A stretch of DNA of 64,000 nucleotides, taken from assembly GCA_963733195.1 (NCBI GenBank), contig CAVTCR010000057.1, positions 2,589 to 66,588 on the forward strand, written 5' to 3'. Shown piece by piece: positions 1-9,341 of the stretch (within the stretch, counting starts at the first letter, position 1; each line of letters begins with the position of its first letter). Below the pieces are notes generated by a model that had not been told where the DNA came from, searched no databases, and saw only the letters and a list, made by a program, of their open reading frames with translations. The stretch is from an uncultured delta proteobacterium. GTDB taxonomy: Bacteria > Desulfobacterota > Binatia > Bin18. Both the position numbers and the translations under genes were made by a program.

Positions 1-829
1 TTTTTGTTCGAGGTTCTGCATCTTATGAAACCAACACCGAATCCGTAACGACTTGGGCCACATCGTGTCGATGGCTTTAGTCAGCCCCAACGCCCCATCC
101 GTGGTAATTGTCACCGGGGGCTGCATGCCACGCTTGACCAAGTCCCGCAGCACTTCCACACAACTCTCATAACTCTCACTATTGGTAAGGGAGAGGCTGA
201 GGAGCACTTTGCGCCCGTCCTCACAGATTGCCCACACACAGAGGACGCCAGTTTTCTGCCCCCACCGCCGTAACGGTTCGTACACGGTATCAATAAAGAG
301 GTAGGCTACCGGCTCGTGGCTGAGATCCCGCGTACGAAACGCTTCGTATTCCTCCGTTAAACTCTCGGCAATGTCACTGACCGTGCTTTTGGACAGGACA
401 AACTGCCCCACTGCTTGCTCTAAGCCGTACTCAATATCCCGTTGTGACATCCCGCCCACATACATCTCCACAATTAATTTCCTGAGCACGTCACTGGTAT
501 TGCCCACGTTGCCCCACAATTGCGAGCGATACGCGTCCTGCTGTCCGCGAATCTGTGGCACTTTGACATGCAGCACCCCTTCGCCCGTTTTCAGCGTCCC
601 GGTCTCATAGCCATTGCGATAGCCCACCTTCTCGCCACGGGCTTCGTACCGTCCGCGCCCTAAGGCCACCGCTTGTTCCTCCTCCAACGCTTCTTGCAAA
701 ATCCGTTCGGTCGACAGTCGCACCAACAAACTCAATAACTCTTCTCCACTTTGCCCGTTGGCCTGGCCTTGCAGTAAGGCACGGAGTGCCTGGGCCTTTT
801 GCTCACTTGGTGCTATCCTCTTCTCCATA
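1..829 (-). mobile_element. IS256-family (mutator-type) transposase gene, 5' part; runs off window edge
   Basis: Reverse-strand translation from ATG at 829 reads MEKRIAPSEQ...GYRNGYETGTLKTGEGVLHVKVPQIRGQ...RCWFHKMQNLEQK without a stop to position 1. GYRNGY and RCW.HK..N motifs are typical of IS256 transposases. Not in the ORF track because it has no stop inside the window. Confidence 0.8.
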
Positions 830-901
830 CGGGAGTCCTCCTTCTTCTTGGTGGTTAATCGTCTTCACAATCTGATTACCTACCGCAGAAGTGTCTCCCG
901 T

Positions 902-2268
902 CTACTCCCCTCCGGTTACAGGGATTCTAGGACATAACCCTCGTTCGCCAAATGCCACCAGCGCCTCCGCGCGCTCCTGGGCGATGCGTCCGTCCCCGCG
1001 CGCTAGATGAAACAAGGTCGCAAGCATTAAGGCATGCCCGAGACTAAAAGGCTGGCCGAGCTCCCGCGCCAAGTGTACCGCCTCGTACATCCGCCTCAGG
1101 GATTGATCGGGAAACCCCAGAACCCAGAGGGTCCGAGCTATATTGGCGAGACTCACAACCTGCGGGTTGAACCCTCCGTAGAGGGACGCCAGCGCTTGGT
1201 GCTGAGGCTGGTAGAGCGCTAAGCTCTGCTCCAGCGCCCCCCAGCACGGACAAACTCCCCGCGAAATAGGCAGGTTGTCCCTACGGCAACGTGTGCTTCG
1301 AGGAGCAACCCAGCGTCGTTCGTCTGCTCTGCGACCTGTAAGCACTCCTCTGCCAGCGCCTGCGTCATGCGCAGCTCGCCCCGGATCAGGTGAAACACCC
1401 AAAGGCCCCACAGCGCCGGAAAGCGCTGTAGGGAGTCACCCAGTTGGGCACACAACGCGCGGGCACGGCGGTAGTATTGTTCCACCGCTGGTGCGGTATA
1501 CCCTTGAGCGGCCATGAAGGCTGGTCCCAGTGCGAGTTGCAGCGTGAGTTCCTGCGCGGCCCGTTCTGGCGTCTCTGGGCGCGTCATGAGCAGCTCCAGT
1601 GCTGCATTGAGCTGGCTGATCGCTTCGAGGTTGGCTGAGCGTTGCACCGCTTGTTGTCCGGCCAAGTGGAGATACTCGATGGCCTTCTCTGTGTTGGCAC
1701 TCCGCCGGTAATGATGGGCCAAGTCACTGTAGTGCTCAGGGAGTGTCGCGGCGTACACGGTTTCGAGCCCCTGACCGGTGCGCTCGTGGAGCACTTTGCG
1801 TTGCTCCTGCAGTACCGTGCCGTACGCCACCTCCTGCGTCAGCGCATGCTTGAAAATATATTCGACTTCGGGAAAGGCGGGTTGCTCATAGAGAAACTCC
1901 TTGCGCTGCAACGAGGCCAGCAGGCGATACAGCTCTGCTTCGGGTTGAGCAATGACCTGGCGGATCACGCTCATCGGGAATTGCCGACCAATGACGGAGA
2001 GCCGCTGGAGCAGGGCTTTTTCATCCGGGGCTAAACGATCAATGCGCGCGGCGAGGACGCCTTGGACGGTGGGCGGAATATGAAGGTCGGTAGGGGCGCT
2101 GCTTGCTGCGCCCTCGGTGGGCAGGGCAAGCCCTGCCCCTAAAGCATCGCGGACCAATACTCCCTGCTCCACTAGCTCCTGCACGATCTCTTCTATGAAG
2201 AACGGCGTACCTTCGGTTTTGTCTAGGATGAGGTGTTTGAGGGCGGGTAGGGGCGCACCAAGGTGCAC
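902..2268 (-). pseudogene. 3' portion (AAA ATPase and TPR region) of a large cyclase-ATPase-TPR regulator, cut off from its 5' part by an IS4 insertion and frameshifted
   Basis: ORFs 1219..2268 and 902..1411 overlap in different frames. Motifs HLILDKTEGTPFFIEEIVQELVEQGVL and LAARIDRLAPDEKALLQRLSVIG are typical of LuxR/AfsR-like AAA+TPR regulators. The 5' border abuts the IS4 inverted repeat at 2268. Confidence 0.6.
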
Positions 2269-3722
2269 TGGTCACAACTTAACGAAGGAGGATGAGAGCG
2301 TGACAGCGGAAGGAGATGCCGAAGGGAAGGTGGTACGCTATCTTCTGCCTACCCCAAGCCAGGAGGTAGGAGATGGCCAAACGCCGCCCGCGGCAGCATC
2401 ACAATCCCGATTTTCGGCACCGCGTCCCCGGACCGCTGCCCGCCGTGGCGGAGATTGAGGCGGAGCTCTTCGCGTTGCTCACCCCGGCATTGCTGGCACC
2501 CCGCCAATTGGAACGGTCTGACCCGCGCAATCCCCAGCGGCGCATTCGGCTGCGGGCGCGGATTTTGACGTTGCCGGTGATGGTGGCGCTGGTCGTGAGT
2601 TTGGTCTGGCGGCGGTTGGGCTCGATTGCGGAGGTCCACCGCGTGTTAGTCCAAGACGGGTTGCTATGGGTGTCGCCCCTGCAGGTCAGTGAACAAGCAA
2701 TCGCCAAGCGACTCGATACGCTGCCCGCCAGTGCACTGGCGACCCTCTTCACAGAGGTAAGTGCACGGTTGCAAGCCCAGCCCCCACCGCAGTTACCCGG
2801 GCTGGAAGGCTGGACGGAGATGCGCAAGCAGTTTCCGCGCGTTGCGATGGTGGATGGCTCGACGCTGGAAGCAATTCGGAAAAAGACGCAGACGCTGCAA
2901 GCTCAGCCCGGTCTCGTGCTCGCGGGCCGGATGATGGTGATGGTCGAAGCCTTTACCCATCGCCCCCTGTGGCAACTCTATACCGAGGAGGCAGCGGCCA
3001 ATGATAAACGCTTTGCCCCGGAGATTCTGACGGCGCTTCCAGAAGGGGGATTGCTGATTTTTGACCTGGGCTTCTTCAGCTTCTTGTGGTTTGATGACTT
3101 CACGGAGCAACACAAGTATTTTGTGACCCGCCTACGGCAAAACACGGCGTACCGCACCACGCACGTGCTCAGTCACGGCCCGTACTACCGGGACGAACTC
3201 ATTGAGGTGGGCCTCTACCGCTCCAATCCCTGTCGGCATCCGTTACGCCTAGTCTCCGTGTTGTGGCACGGGCAGTGGTATCGCTACCTCACCAACGTCC
3301 TCGACCCCGCTCAGCTCTCCGCGCGGCAGGTCTGTGAGCTGTATCGCCGCCGCTGGCGCATTGAAGATGCCTTCTTGGTGACTAAACGCGTGCTTGATCT
3401 CGCCTACCTCTGGAAAGCCTCGGCCAATGGCATGCAGCTCCAACTCTATGCCACGCTTCTCTTCTACCTTGTCCTCCTCCATGTCTGCCAGCAGGTCGCG
3501 CAGAGTCTCAACGAACCCTTGGAGCAGATCTCGGTCGAGATGGTTTTTCGCGCCTTCTATCACTATAGTCGCGCCCTCACGCGAGGCGAGACCCTAGAGT
3601 TGGTGCCGTACCTGGTCCACCATGCGAAGCTCTTAGGTCTCGTCAAACGTCGCCGCCAGCGCCATCGCGAGATCCAGCAAACCGAGCAATAGTGTGGGGC
3701 TGTCCTTAAGTTGTGACCAGTG
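2268..3722 (+). mobile_element. IS4-family insertion sequence with 17-bp terminal inverted repeats
   Basis: CACTGGTCACAACTTAA at 2270-2286 and its reverse complement TTAAGTTGTGACCAGTG at 3706-3722 flank the transposase ORF. Confidence 0.75.
2373..3692 (+). CDS. IS4-family DDE transposase
   Basis: 439 aa. The C-terminal signature Y-x2-R-x3-E-x6-K (YRRRWRIEDAFLVTKR) is characteristic of the IS4 family. Confidence 0.85.
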   Translation: MAKRRPRQHHNPDFRHRVPGPLPAVAEIEAELFALLTPALLAPRQLERSDPRNPQRRIRLRARILTLPVMVALVVSLVWRRLGSIAEVHRVLVQDGLLWVSPLQVSEQAIAKRLDTLPASALATLFTEVSARLQAQPPPQLPGLEGWTEMRKQFPRVAMVDGSTLEAIRKKTQTLQAQPGLVLAGRMMVMVEAFTHRPLWQLYTEEAAANDKRFAPEILTALPEGGLLIFDLGFFSFLWFDDFTEQHKYFVTRLRQNTAYRTTHVLSHGPYYRDELIEVGLYRSNPCRHPLRLVSVLWHGQWYRYLTNVLDPAQLSARQVCELYRRRWRIEDAFLVTKRVLDLAYLWKASANGMQLQLYATLLFYLVLLHVCQQVAQSLNEPLEQISVEMVFRAFYHYSRALTRGETLELVPYLVHHAKLLGLVKRRRQRHREIQQTEQ

Positions 3723-4818
3723 TATTGCAATACGCCCCTACGAATTCATGGAACAACCGCGACTTGCCTAACCCTGGCTCCCCCATTACGCCGACGACTT
3801 GGCCGTGCCCGGCTTTGGCTTGTTCCAACGCTACCTTCAGCTGTTCCATCTCGCTCTGCCGTCCGACAAACCGTGTTAGCCCTCGTCGTGCTGCTACTTC
3901 AAACGCGTGCGTAAGGCTCCCACACCCAGCACTTCGTAGATGTGCAGCGGTTCCTCTACTCCCTTAATCTGCGTGGGGCCCAGCTCCTTGAACGCAAAGT
4001 AGCCATCGGTGAGACGATGCGTGTAGGTTGAGACGACGATCGTGCCGGGAGTGGCGAACTGTTCCATGCGCGCCGCTAGGTTGGTCGAGTGGCCCACCGG
4101 CACGTAGTCCGCATGCAAGTCGTCTTTACGAATCGAGCGTAGCACCACTTCGCCTGTGTTTACCCCTACCCGCATCAACAGCGGGCGGATAGCCCTTTCG
4201 CCGCGTAACGTATCCGCATAGCGCCGCATTTCTTCTTGCATGCGTAGCGCGGCATAGAGCGCGCGTTGGGGATGATCTTCATGGGCCAGCGGCGCGCCGA
4301 ACAGGGCAAAGATGCCATCCCCCAAGGCTTGCGCGACATAGCCCTCATACTGATGTATGGCGTCCATCATGAGCTGCAGCGCAGGATCAATAATCGCCCG
4401 CGCCTCTTCGGGATCGAGTCCTTCGATCAACGCCGTCGAGCCTTTGAGATCGGCAAAGAGGGCCGTAATCGTCTTGCGTTCACCCTCCGTCAGCGAGACC
4501 GCACGAATGCGCTCGGCCAGATGGGCAGGCGTGTAGTCGATGGGTCTAGGGTCTGGGTCTGGTGTCTCGCGTCTGGGGACGGGGAGGCTTTGACTCTGGA
4601 CTCTGGACCCTAGACTCTGGACTGCTTTGACCGACCCACACCAACACTTTACCATCCTCATCTACAGCGAGTCGCTTGGCCTCTATGATTTCGGCAGTGA
4701 GGTCCGCAAGATAATCATCCTCCAAATCAAAGCGCCGCTTCAACGCGCGATACGTCACCCGCCCGTCTCGTTGTAAGAGACCAATGATTTGTGCAAGCAG
4801 ATCATCGAACGTTGGCAT
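3723..4818 (-). pseudogene. 5' portion of the same regulator gene: N-terminal domain, low-complexity linker, class III nucleotidyl cyclase domain, start of AAA domain
   Basis: ORF 4546..4818 (MPTFDDLLAQIIGLLQRDGRVTYRALKRRF...) shifts frame inside a GGGTCT/GGACTCT tandem repeat (4541-4640) into ORF 3894..4661, which holds the cyclase domain (ITALFADLKGSTAL...GDGIFALFGAP). After a TAG at 3891 the reading continues in another frame as FVGRQSEMEQLKVALEQAKAGHGQVVGVMGEPGLGKSRLFHEF (AAA Walker A) up to the IS4 end. Confidence 0.6.
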
Positions 4819-5144
4819 TGCTCCCGCCTCCTAGAGAATCCCGACACGTTTGCTTAGCAACTACAGATTTCTTTTTCCCGATTGATCCGCGGAGTATAGG
4901 GCAAGCATGCGTAAATCACCAGGTTCTCGACAGTTCGTCTTATAAGGGAGTGTACGTCAAGCGTGGGAATGGTATAGGACGAACAGTATTCGCCATAAAA
5001 CTTTCATGAGACGAATGGATTGAGTGTATGCAGAGGAGACAAAAATGAGCCAAAAAAACACTCTATGAACGTCTTGGCGGCTACGATGCCATCACGGCTG
5101 TGGTGAATGATCTGTCTTCAGAGTGAAAATTATGGAGGACCTTC

Positions 5145-5964
5145 ATGGCAGAAACTAACATCAGTTTTTCTGGTTCCATTCCGCAAATGTACGATCGCTA
5201 TCTCGGCCCGGTGCTGTTTGAGCCCTATGCTGCCGATCTTGCCCGCCGCGTAGCTATGTCCATGCTACTGGTCCAGTGTTGGAAATGGCTTGTGGCACTG
5301 GCATTGTCACTCAACAGTTACGTGCTCACCTTGCCCCTGAGATTGAGATCGTTGCCACCGATCTTGAGTCAGCCGATGCTCGACTATGCGCGGACAAAAT
5401 TGCCAACGCTGAAGAATGTGACTTGGCGACAAGCAGATATTGCGGCCTTGCCATTTGCGGATGCCGAATTTTCTGCCGTGGTGTGTCAATTCGGCTTGAT
5501 GTTTGTACCCGACAAGCAAGCTGCCTTTCGTGAAGTCCGTCGGGTGTTACGCAAAGGTGGGGTGTTCGCTTTTAACGTGTGGGACAGTATGGCTGCCAAT
5601 CCCTACACCCAGCTCATTCAGGAGACACTTGCCAAAATATTCCCGGTAGACCCGCCGCAATTTTTCACGGTGCCCTTTAGCCTTCATGATCGTGAAGACG
5701 TTGCGACAGTTACTGACTACGCATGACTTCAGTGACGTACAGCTTGAGACCGTAACGCTAGAGGCGCGCAGCGAGAGTGCCAAAGCCCTTGCTACCGGAT
5801 TCATTCAAGGCTCGCCGCTGAGTACCGCGATTCAAGAGCGCGGGGCGTCCTTCGAGTCCGTCATTGAGGCGGTGACGGAAGCCTTAGCGCAGCATGGTGG
5901 CGCAGCACCGTTTCGCTCAACTATGCAAGCAGTGGTTGTGACTGCACGAGCAGGCGCAGTGTAA
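5145..5964 (+). pseudogene. Class I SAM-dependent methyltransferase with at least three frame changes
   Basis: Three overlapping ORFs (5145..5726, 5276..5533, 5686..5964) together give YDRYLGP...LEMACGTGIVTQQL (motif I)...ALPFADAEFSAVVCQFGLMFVPDK...LRKGGVFAF. No single frame spans the gene. Confidence 0.55.
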
Positions 5965-6201
5965 AGTGATGACAGCCTAGAGAAACGCTGCGGCATGATG
6001 TGGAGCTGCACTTATGGGTTCCTTCTCCCTAAGGGAGAAGGTCAGGATGAGGGAAGAGGAAGGGTCATCTTTGTTGAATTCCCTCACCCTTGCCCTCTCC
6101 CAGAGGGAGAGGGAATTACGTCCTCCAACGCCAGAAGTTGAGCCGAACAGTGTTGATCCTTGCAATCGCAATCAGAACAGTGCTCGTAGGAGAAAGCCAT
6201 T

Positions 6202-8238
6202 ATGGAGACCAGCCAACAACGCACGATTCGCACGATGTGCCCCATGAACTGCCATCCTACACTGTGTGGCATGCTGGTGGATGTCGAGAATGGGCGACTC
6301 GTGGGCGTGCGGGGTGATAAAGAGAATCCTGATAGTCAGGGTTTCCTGTGCGTGCGTGGGCAGGCTTCGCGGGAAATTATCGACAATCCAAAACGGCTCT
6401 TATATCCGTTGATTCGCGACCGCCGTACGGATGATGCCTGGCGACAAGCCAGTTGGGATGAAGCACTCGATCTGATCACAACGCGTATGCAAGCGGTAGG
6501 GCGAGAAGCGGTCGGCGTCTGGTCTGGGCATGGCGTCTCCAGCACCAATTATGGAACCCGAATCTATGGCCACTTGCTGCGCCGCTTTGCCAATTTCTAT
6601 GGCTGTCAGTGGTGGAGCCCGACAATGATCTGCTGGGGACTCGGCGCGTTTGGGCTCGGTGTGACTGGTGTCCTGGAGACCAACACCAAAGAAGATATGG
6701 GGCAGCATGCGCAGTGTATTCTTCTCTGGGGTGCTAACCTGGCGAGCCAGCCAAACACCGCCCGCCATCTGGTAGCAGCAAAACGACGCGGAGCGTACAT
6801 AGTCACGATCGATGTACGGCAGACCGAAGCCGCGGCGCAGTCAGATGAAGTGCTGTTGCTACGACCGGGGACGGATGCAGCGCTGGCCCTAGCCATGATG
6901 TATGTCATTATCGAGGAAAAGCGGTATCACAAAGAGTTTGTTACACAGCATACGGTAGGTTTTGACGAACTAGCTGCTCATGTTCGGCAATATACTCCAG
7001 CCTGGGCGGCAGAAGTCACAGGTATTGCCGCCGAACGGATTGTCGCTCTTGCTCGTCGCTATGCGACAACGCAGCCAGCGATGATTGTGATAGGTGGCAG
7101 CTCGATGCATAAGGGCACCAACAGTTGGCAGGCAGGCCGCGCGATTTCCTGTTTGCCGGCGCTGACTGGCAACCTCGGGATTGCAGGTGGTGGCTTTGGT
7201 CCACGGCATGGCAGTTCGGCGCATGGCCAAGCGCTAGCCAATATCACTGCTGAAGAGCAACGCCCGCCTGGTAACTATATTCCCAATCAGATGGAACAAA
7301 TCACGGCGGCGTTGTGTGATGGTCGGGTGCGAGTCATGCTCCTGTTCGGCACCAATATGATGTCCTCGTTTGCCGACACCGAGCAACTGGCTGTCGGGCT
7401 TGGCCGGACAGATTTAGTGGTGAGCTACGACCTGTTTATGAATGATACGGCACGCCGCTTTGCTGATGTCATCCTGCCGAGCACCTCATGGTTGGAAGAA
7501 CTCGGTTGTAAGGCGACCAACACGCATCTGTATCTCATGGAGCAAGCGCTGCCACCGGCAGGCGAAACACGGACATTAAGCCAGGTTCTGCAAGGTTTAG
7601 CGCAACGTCTAGGTTTGCAGGGCTTCTTTCCGTGGGATTCCCAAGAAGGGCTCATCAATGCGATTTTAGACCATCCTTGTACGGGCCATGCCACAGTTGC
7701 GACGTTGCGACAGCATGGAGGAATGGTTCCACTCCAAATCTCGCATGTTGCCTATCCTCACCGACAGTTCCACACTCCTTCGGGTAAAGTTGAGTTCTTC
7801 TCCGCTCGTGCGCAGTCTTTGGGATTGCCACCGCTTCCGGTCTACGAAGAATCCTCGCCATCAGCATACCCACTCGCACTGAGCCAGGGACGAACACTCA
7901 CTCATTTCCATGGTTTCTACGACCACGGCCAGGCGCTGCCCACCTTAGCTCAGCTTGATCCTGAACCCTACCTGTGGATCTCTCCCAGTGATGCTGCTAC
8001 GCGTGGTGTACACGATGGAGTACCCATTCGCATCTACAATCAACGCGGTTCTCTCACTGCGCGTGCGCGCGTCACCGATCAGATTCCTGCTGGAACTGTG
8101 TGGATGCGTGATGGATGGGTTGGCTTGAACAATGTGACTGAAGGACATGCTGTCTTGCCTGATACTGCCGTGGACATATTCAGCTTCTCTGCTGGACAAG
8201 CAACCTTTGAGGCGAAGGTCGAGGTTGCTTCGTTGTAA
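6202..8238 (+). CDS. Molybdopterin oxidoreductase (MopB/DMSO reductase superfamily), catalytic subunit
   Basis: 678 aa. N-terminal Cys cluster CPMNCHPTLCGM...FLCVRG (4Fe-4S ligands), molybdopterin-binding core and C-terminal MGD-binding barrel (GTVWMRDGW). No partner subunit gene is adjacent. Confidence 0.85.
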   Translation: METSQQRTIRTMCPMNCHPTLCGMLVDVENGRLVGVRGDKENPDSQGFLCVRGQASREIIDNPKRLLYPLIRDRRTDDAWRQASWDEALDLITTRMQAVGREAVGVWSGHGVSSTNYGTRIYGHLLRRFANFYGCQWWSPTMICWGLGAFGLGVTGVLETNTKEDMGQHAQCILLWGANLASQPNTARHLVAAKRRGAYIVTIDVRQTEAAAQSDEVLLLRPGTDAALALAMMYVIIEEKRYHKEFVTQHTVGFDELAAHVRQYTPAWAAEVTGIAAERIVALARRYATTQPAMIVIGGSSMHKGTNSWQAGRAISCLPALTGNLGIAGGGFGPRHGSSAHGQALANITAEEQRPPGNYIPNQMEQITAALCDGRVRVMLLFGTNMMSSFADTEQLAVGLGRTDLVVSYDLFMNDTARRFADVILPSTSWLEELGCKATNTHLYLMEQALPPAGETRTLSQVLQGLAQRLGLQGFFPWDSQEGLINAILDHPCTGHATVATLRQHGGMVPLQISHVAYPHRQFHTPSGKVEFFSARAQSLGLPPLPVYEESSPSAYPLALSQGRTLTHFHGFYDHGQALPTLAQLDPEPYLWISPSDAATRGVHDGVPIRIYNQRGSLTARARVTDQIPAGTVWMRDGWVGLNNVTEGHAVLPDTAVDIFSFSAGQATFEAKVEVASL

Positions 8239-8266
8239 CGTGAGAGGAGCAAGCATTCGTGCTTGA

Positions 8267-8458
8267 AGGTGATGGAACGTAAGCTCACCGCTATAGTGAG
8301 CTAGGCCGAGACGCAGGAGGCACGAGCTGAGGTGGCAGAACTCCTGCGGATTAGCCCTAACTTTCTCTCTGGAAGGAGTGAAACGGGTGAGTGTCTTCAA
8401 AAATCCAGATGACTTAGAGCGCTGGCTTGCTGCCCTGCGCAAGGCGGGACTTAAATAA
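8267..8458 (+). pseudogene. Collapsed remnant of a cyclase/TPR family gene: first ~8 codons fused to last ~50 codons
   Basis: ATGGAACGTAAGCTCACCGC (MERKLTA, the family N-terminus) is joined directly to GCTATAGTGAGCTAGGCCGAG...CTGCGCAAGGCGGGACTTAAATAA. This matches the 3' ends of the paralogs at 30100-30273, 22440-22637 and 11600-11769. Confidence 0.5.
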
Positions 8459-8461
8459 ATG

Positions 8462-8545
8462 AAGAATGAAGTTAAATTAAAAATGATGAAGAATGAATAC
8501 GGAATGATGAATGAAGAACGAGAGTTGAGTGCTGAGTAAAAGAAA
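8462..8545. repeat. Purine-rich GA repeat (AATGAAGAATGAA / GAATGATGAATG / ACTGAGT units) that follows cyclase/TPR family 3' ends
   Basis: Same composition and unit motifs as 11771-11990, 13895-13960, 22638-22765, 24108-24215, 30274-30325 and, in reverse orientation, 63846-63880. Confidence 0.5.
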
Positions 8546-8572
8546 GAACAGGAAAGAGTCCCAACGCCCTTC

Positions 8573-8923
8573 CTACGACTTATTCCCCTCCTTGCTTGGC
8601 ACCAACGGTTCTAGCAGCTTGATCAGGCGTGGCACATCGGAGTTTACGGTTTTCCACACTTCATTCAGATCGACATCGTCGTACTCGTGAATGAGTTTAT
8701 CGCGCATACCCACAATTTTCCTCCAGGGAATCTCCTTGTGCTGCGTGCGAAACTCTTGGGACAGCCGTTTCCCTGCCTCGCCAAGAACAAGCAATTGGTG
8801 GAGGACAGCCGACAGCGTCTTAGCATCATCGAGGAAGGCTCTTTTGTTCATGCCTTCCCTAAATTCAACCGCCAAGCGGGCCGCTTTGAGCATATCCAGG
8901 AGCGTAGCACTATCGCGCGACAT
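8573..8923 (-). CDS. hepT: HepT-like (DUF86) toxin of a HepT/MntA TA pair
   Basis: 116 aa. R-x4-H-x-Y motif (MRDKLIHEY). Overlaps the upstream MntA-like gene by 14 nt. Confidence 0.8.
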   Translation of the reverse strand: MSRDSATLLDMLKAARLAVEFREGMNKRAFLDDAKTLSAVLHQLLVLGEAGKRLSQEFRTQHKEIPWRKIVGMRDKLIHEYDDVDLNEVWKTVNSDVPRLIKLLEPLVPSKEGNKS

Positions 8924-9224
8924 AGATTGGCTCCGCCGTACTCAAGATAGCCTCCCGGCGAATCCAGTTATCACTACGCTCAATTGCCCGTCGGCTGACC
9001 ACGTCTACCTTTCGACCGAGAATCGCTGACAACTCTTCTTCCATATCCACGTGGTCAAATAAGCTCCAGTCCGCATCCGACGCAAAGGTCGCCAGAATAT
9101 CCACATCGCTATCGGAACGAAAGTCATCACGCAGGACGGAACCAAAAAGAGCGAACTCAGTGATCTTCCACCGCTGGCAGAATTCGGTGATCTTGTCATG
9201 ATCAATAGAGATATGGGTACTCAT
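8910..9224 (-). CDS. mntA: MntA-like nucleotidyltransferase antitoxin
   Basis: 104 aa. GS...DxD nucleotidyltransferase motif (FGSVLRDDFRSDSDVDIL). Confidence 0.8.
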   Translation of the reverse strand: MSTHISIDHDKITEFCQRWKITEFALFGSVLRDDFRSDSDVDILATFASDADWSLFDHVDMEEELSAILGRKVDVVSRRAIERSDNWIRREAILSTAEPIYVAR

Positions 9225-9290
9225 ATTTCGATCTCCTCAAGATGTACACTTCCTTTAGCTCTATCCTCAAATACAAGATTCTCACAACGA

Positions 9291-9320
9291 TTGACAGATA
9301 CAAAGCAACAGCAGAATATC
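9291..9320 (+). promoter_or_regulatory. sigma70-like promoter of cyclase paralog 1 (TTGACA-N18-AATATC, CAGCAG before the -10)
   Basis: TTGACA at 9291-9296, 18-nt spacer ending CAGCAG, AATATC at 9315-9320. The same architecture sits upstream of the other paralogs. Confidence 0.45.
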
Positions 9321-9341
9321 TCTTCCCAGGAAAGCGAAACG

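Noticed and set aside
111-610. Short ORFs 111..293(-) and 371..610(+) from the ORF track
   Set aside because: Both lie inside or opposite the IS256 transposase reading frame (1-829, minus strand), which translates cleanly in another frame. They are treated as spurious.
2268-3722. Target-site duplication flanking the IS4 element
   Set aside because: The sequences immediately outside the IRs (…CCAAGGTG / TATTGCAAT…) show no obvious direct repeat. The duplication was either not generated, is degraded, or the IR boundaries are off by a few bases.
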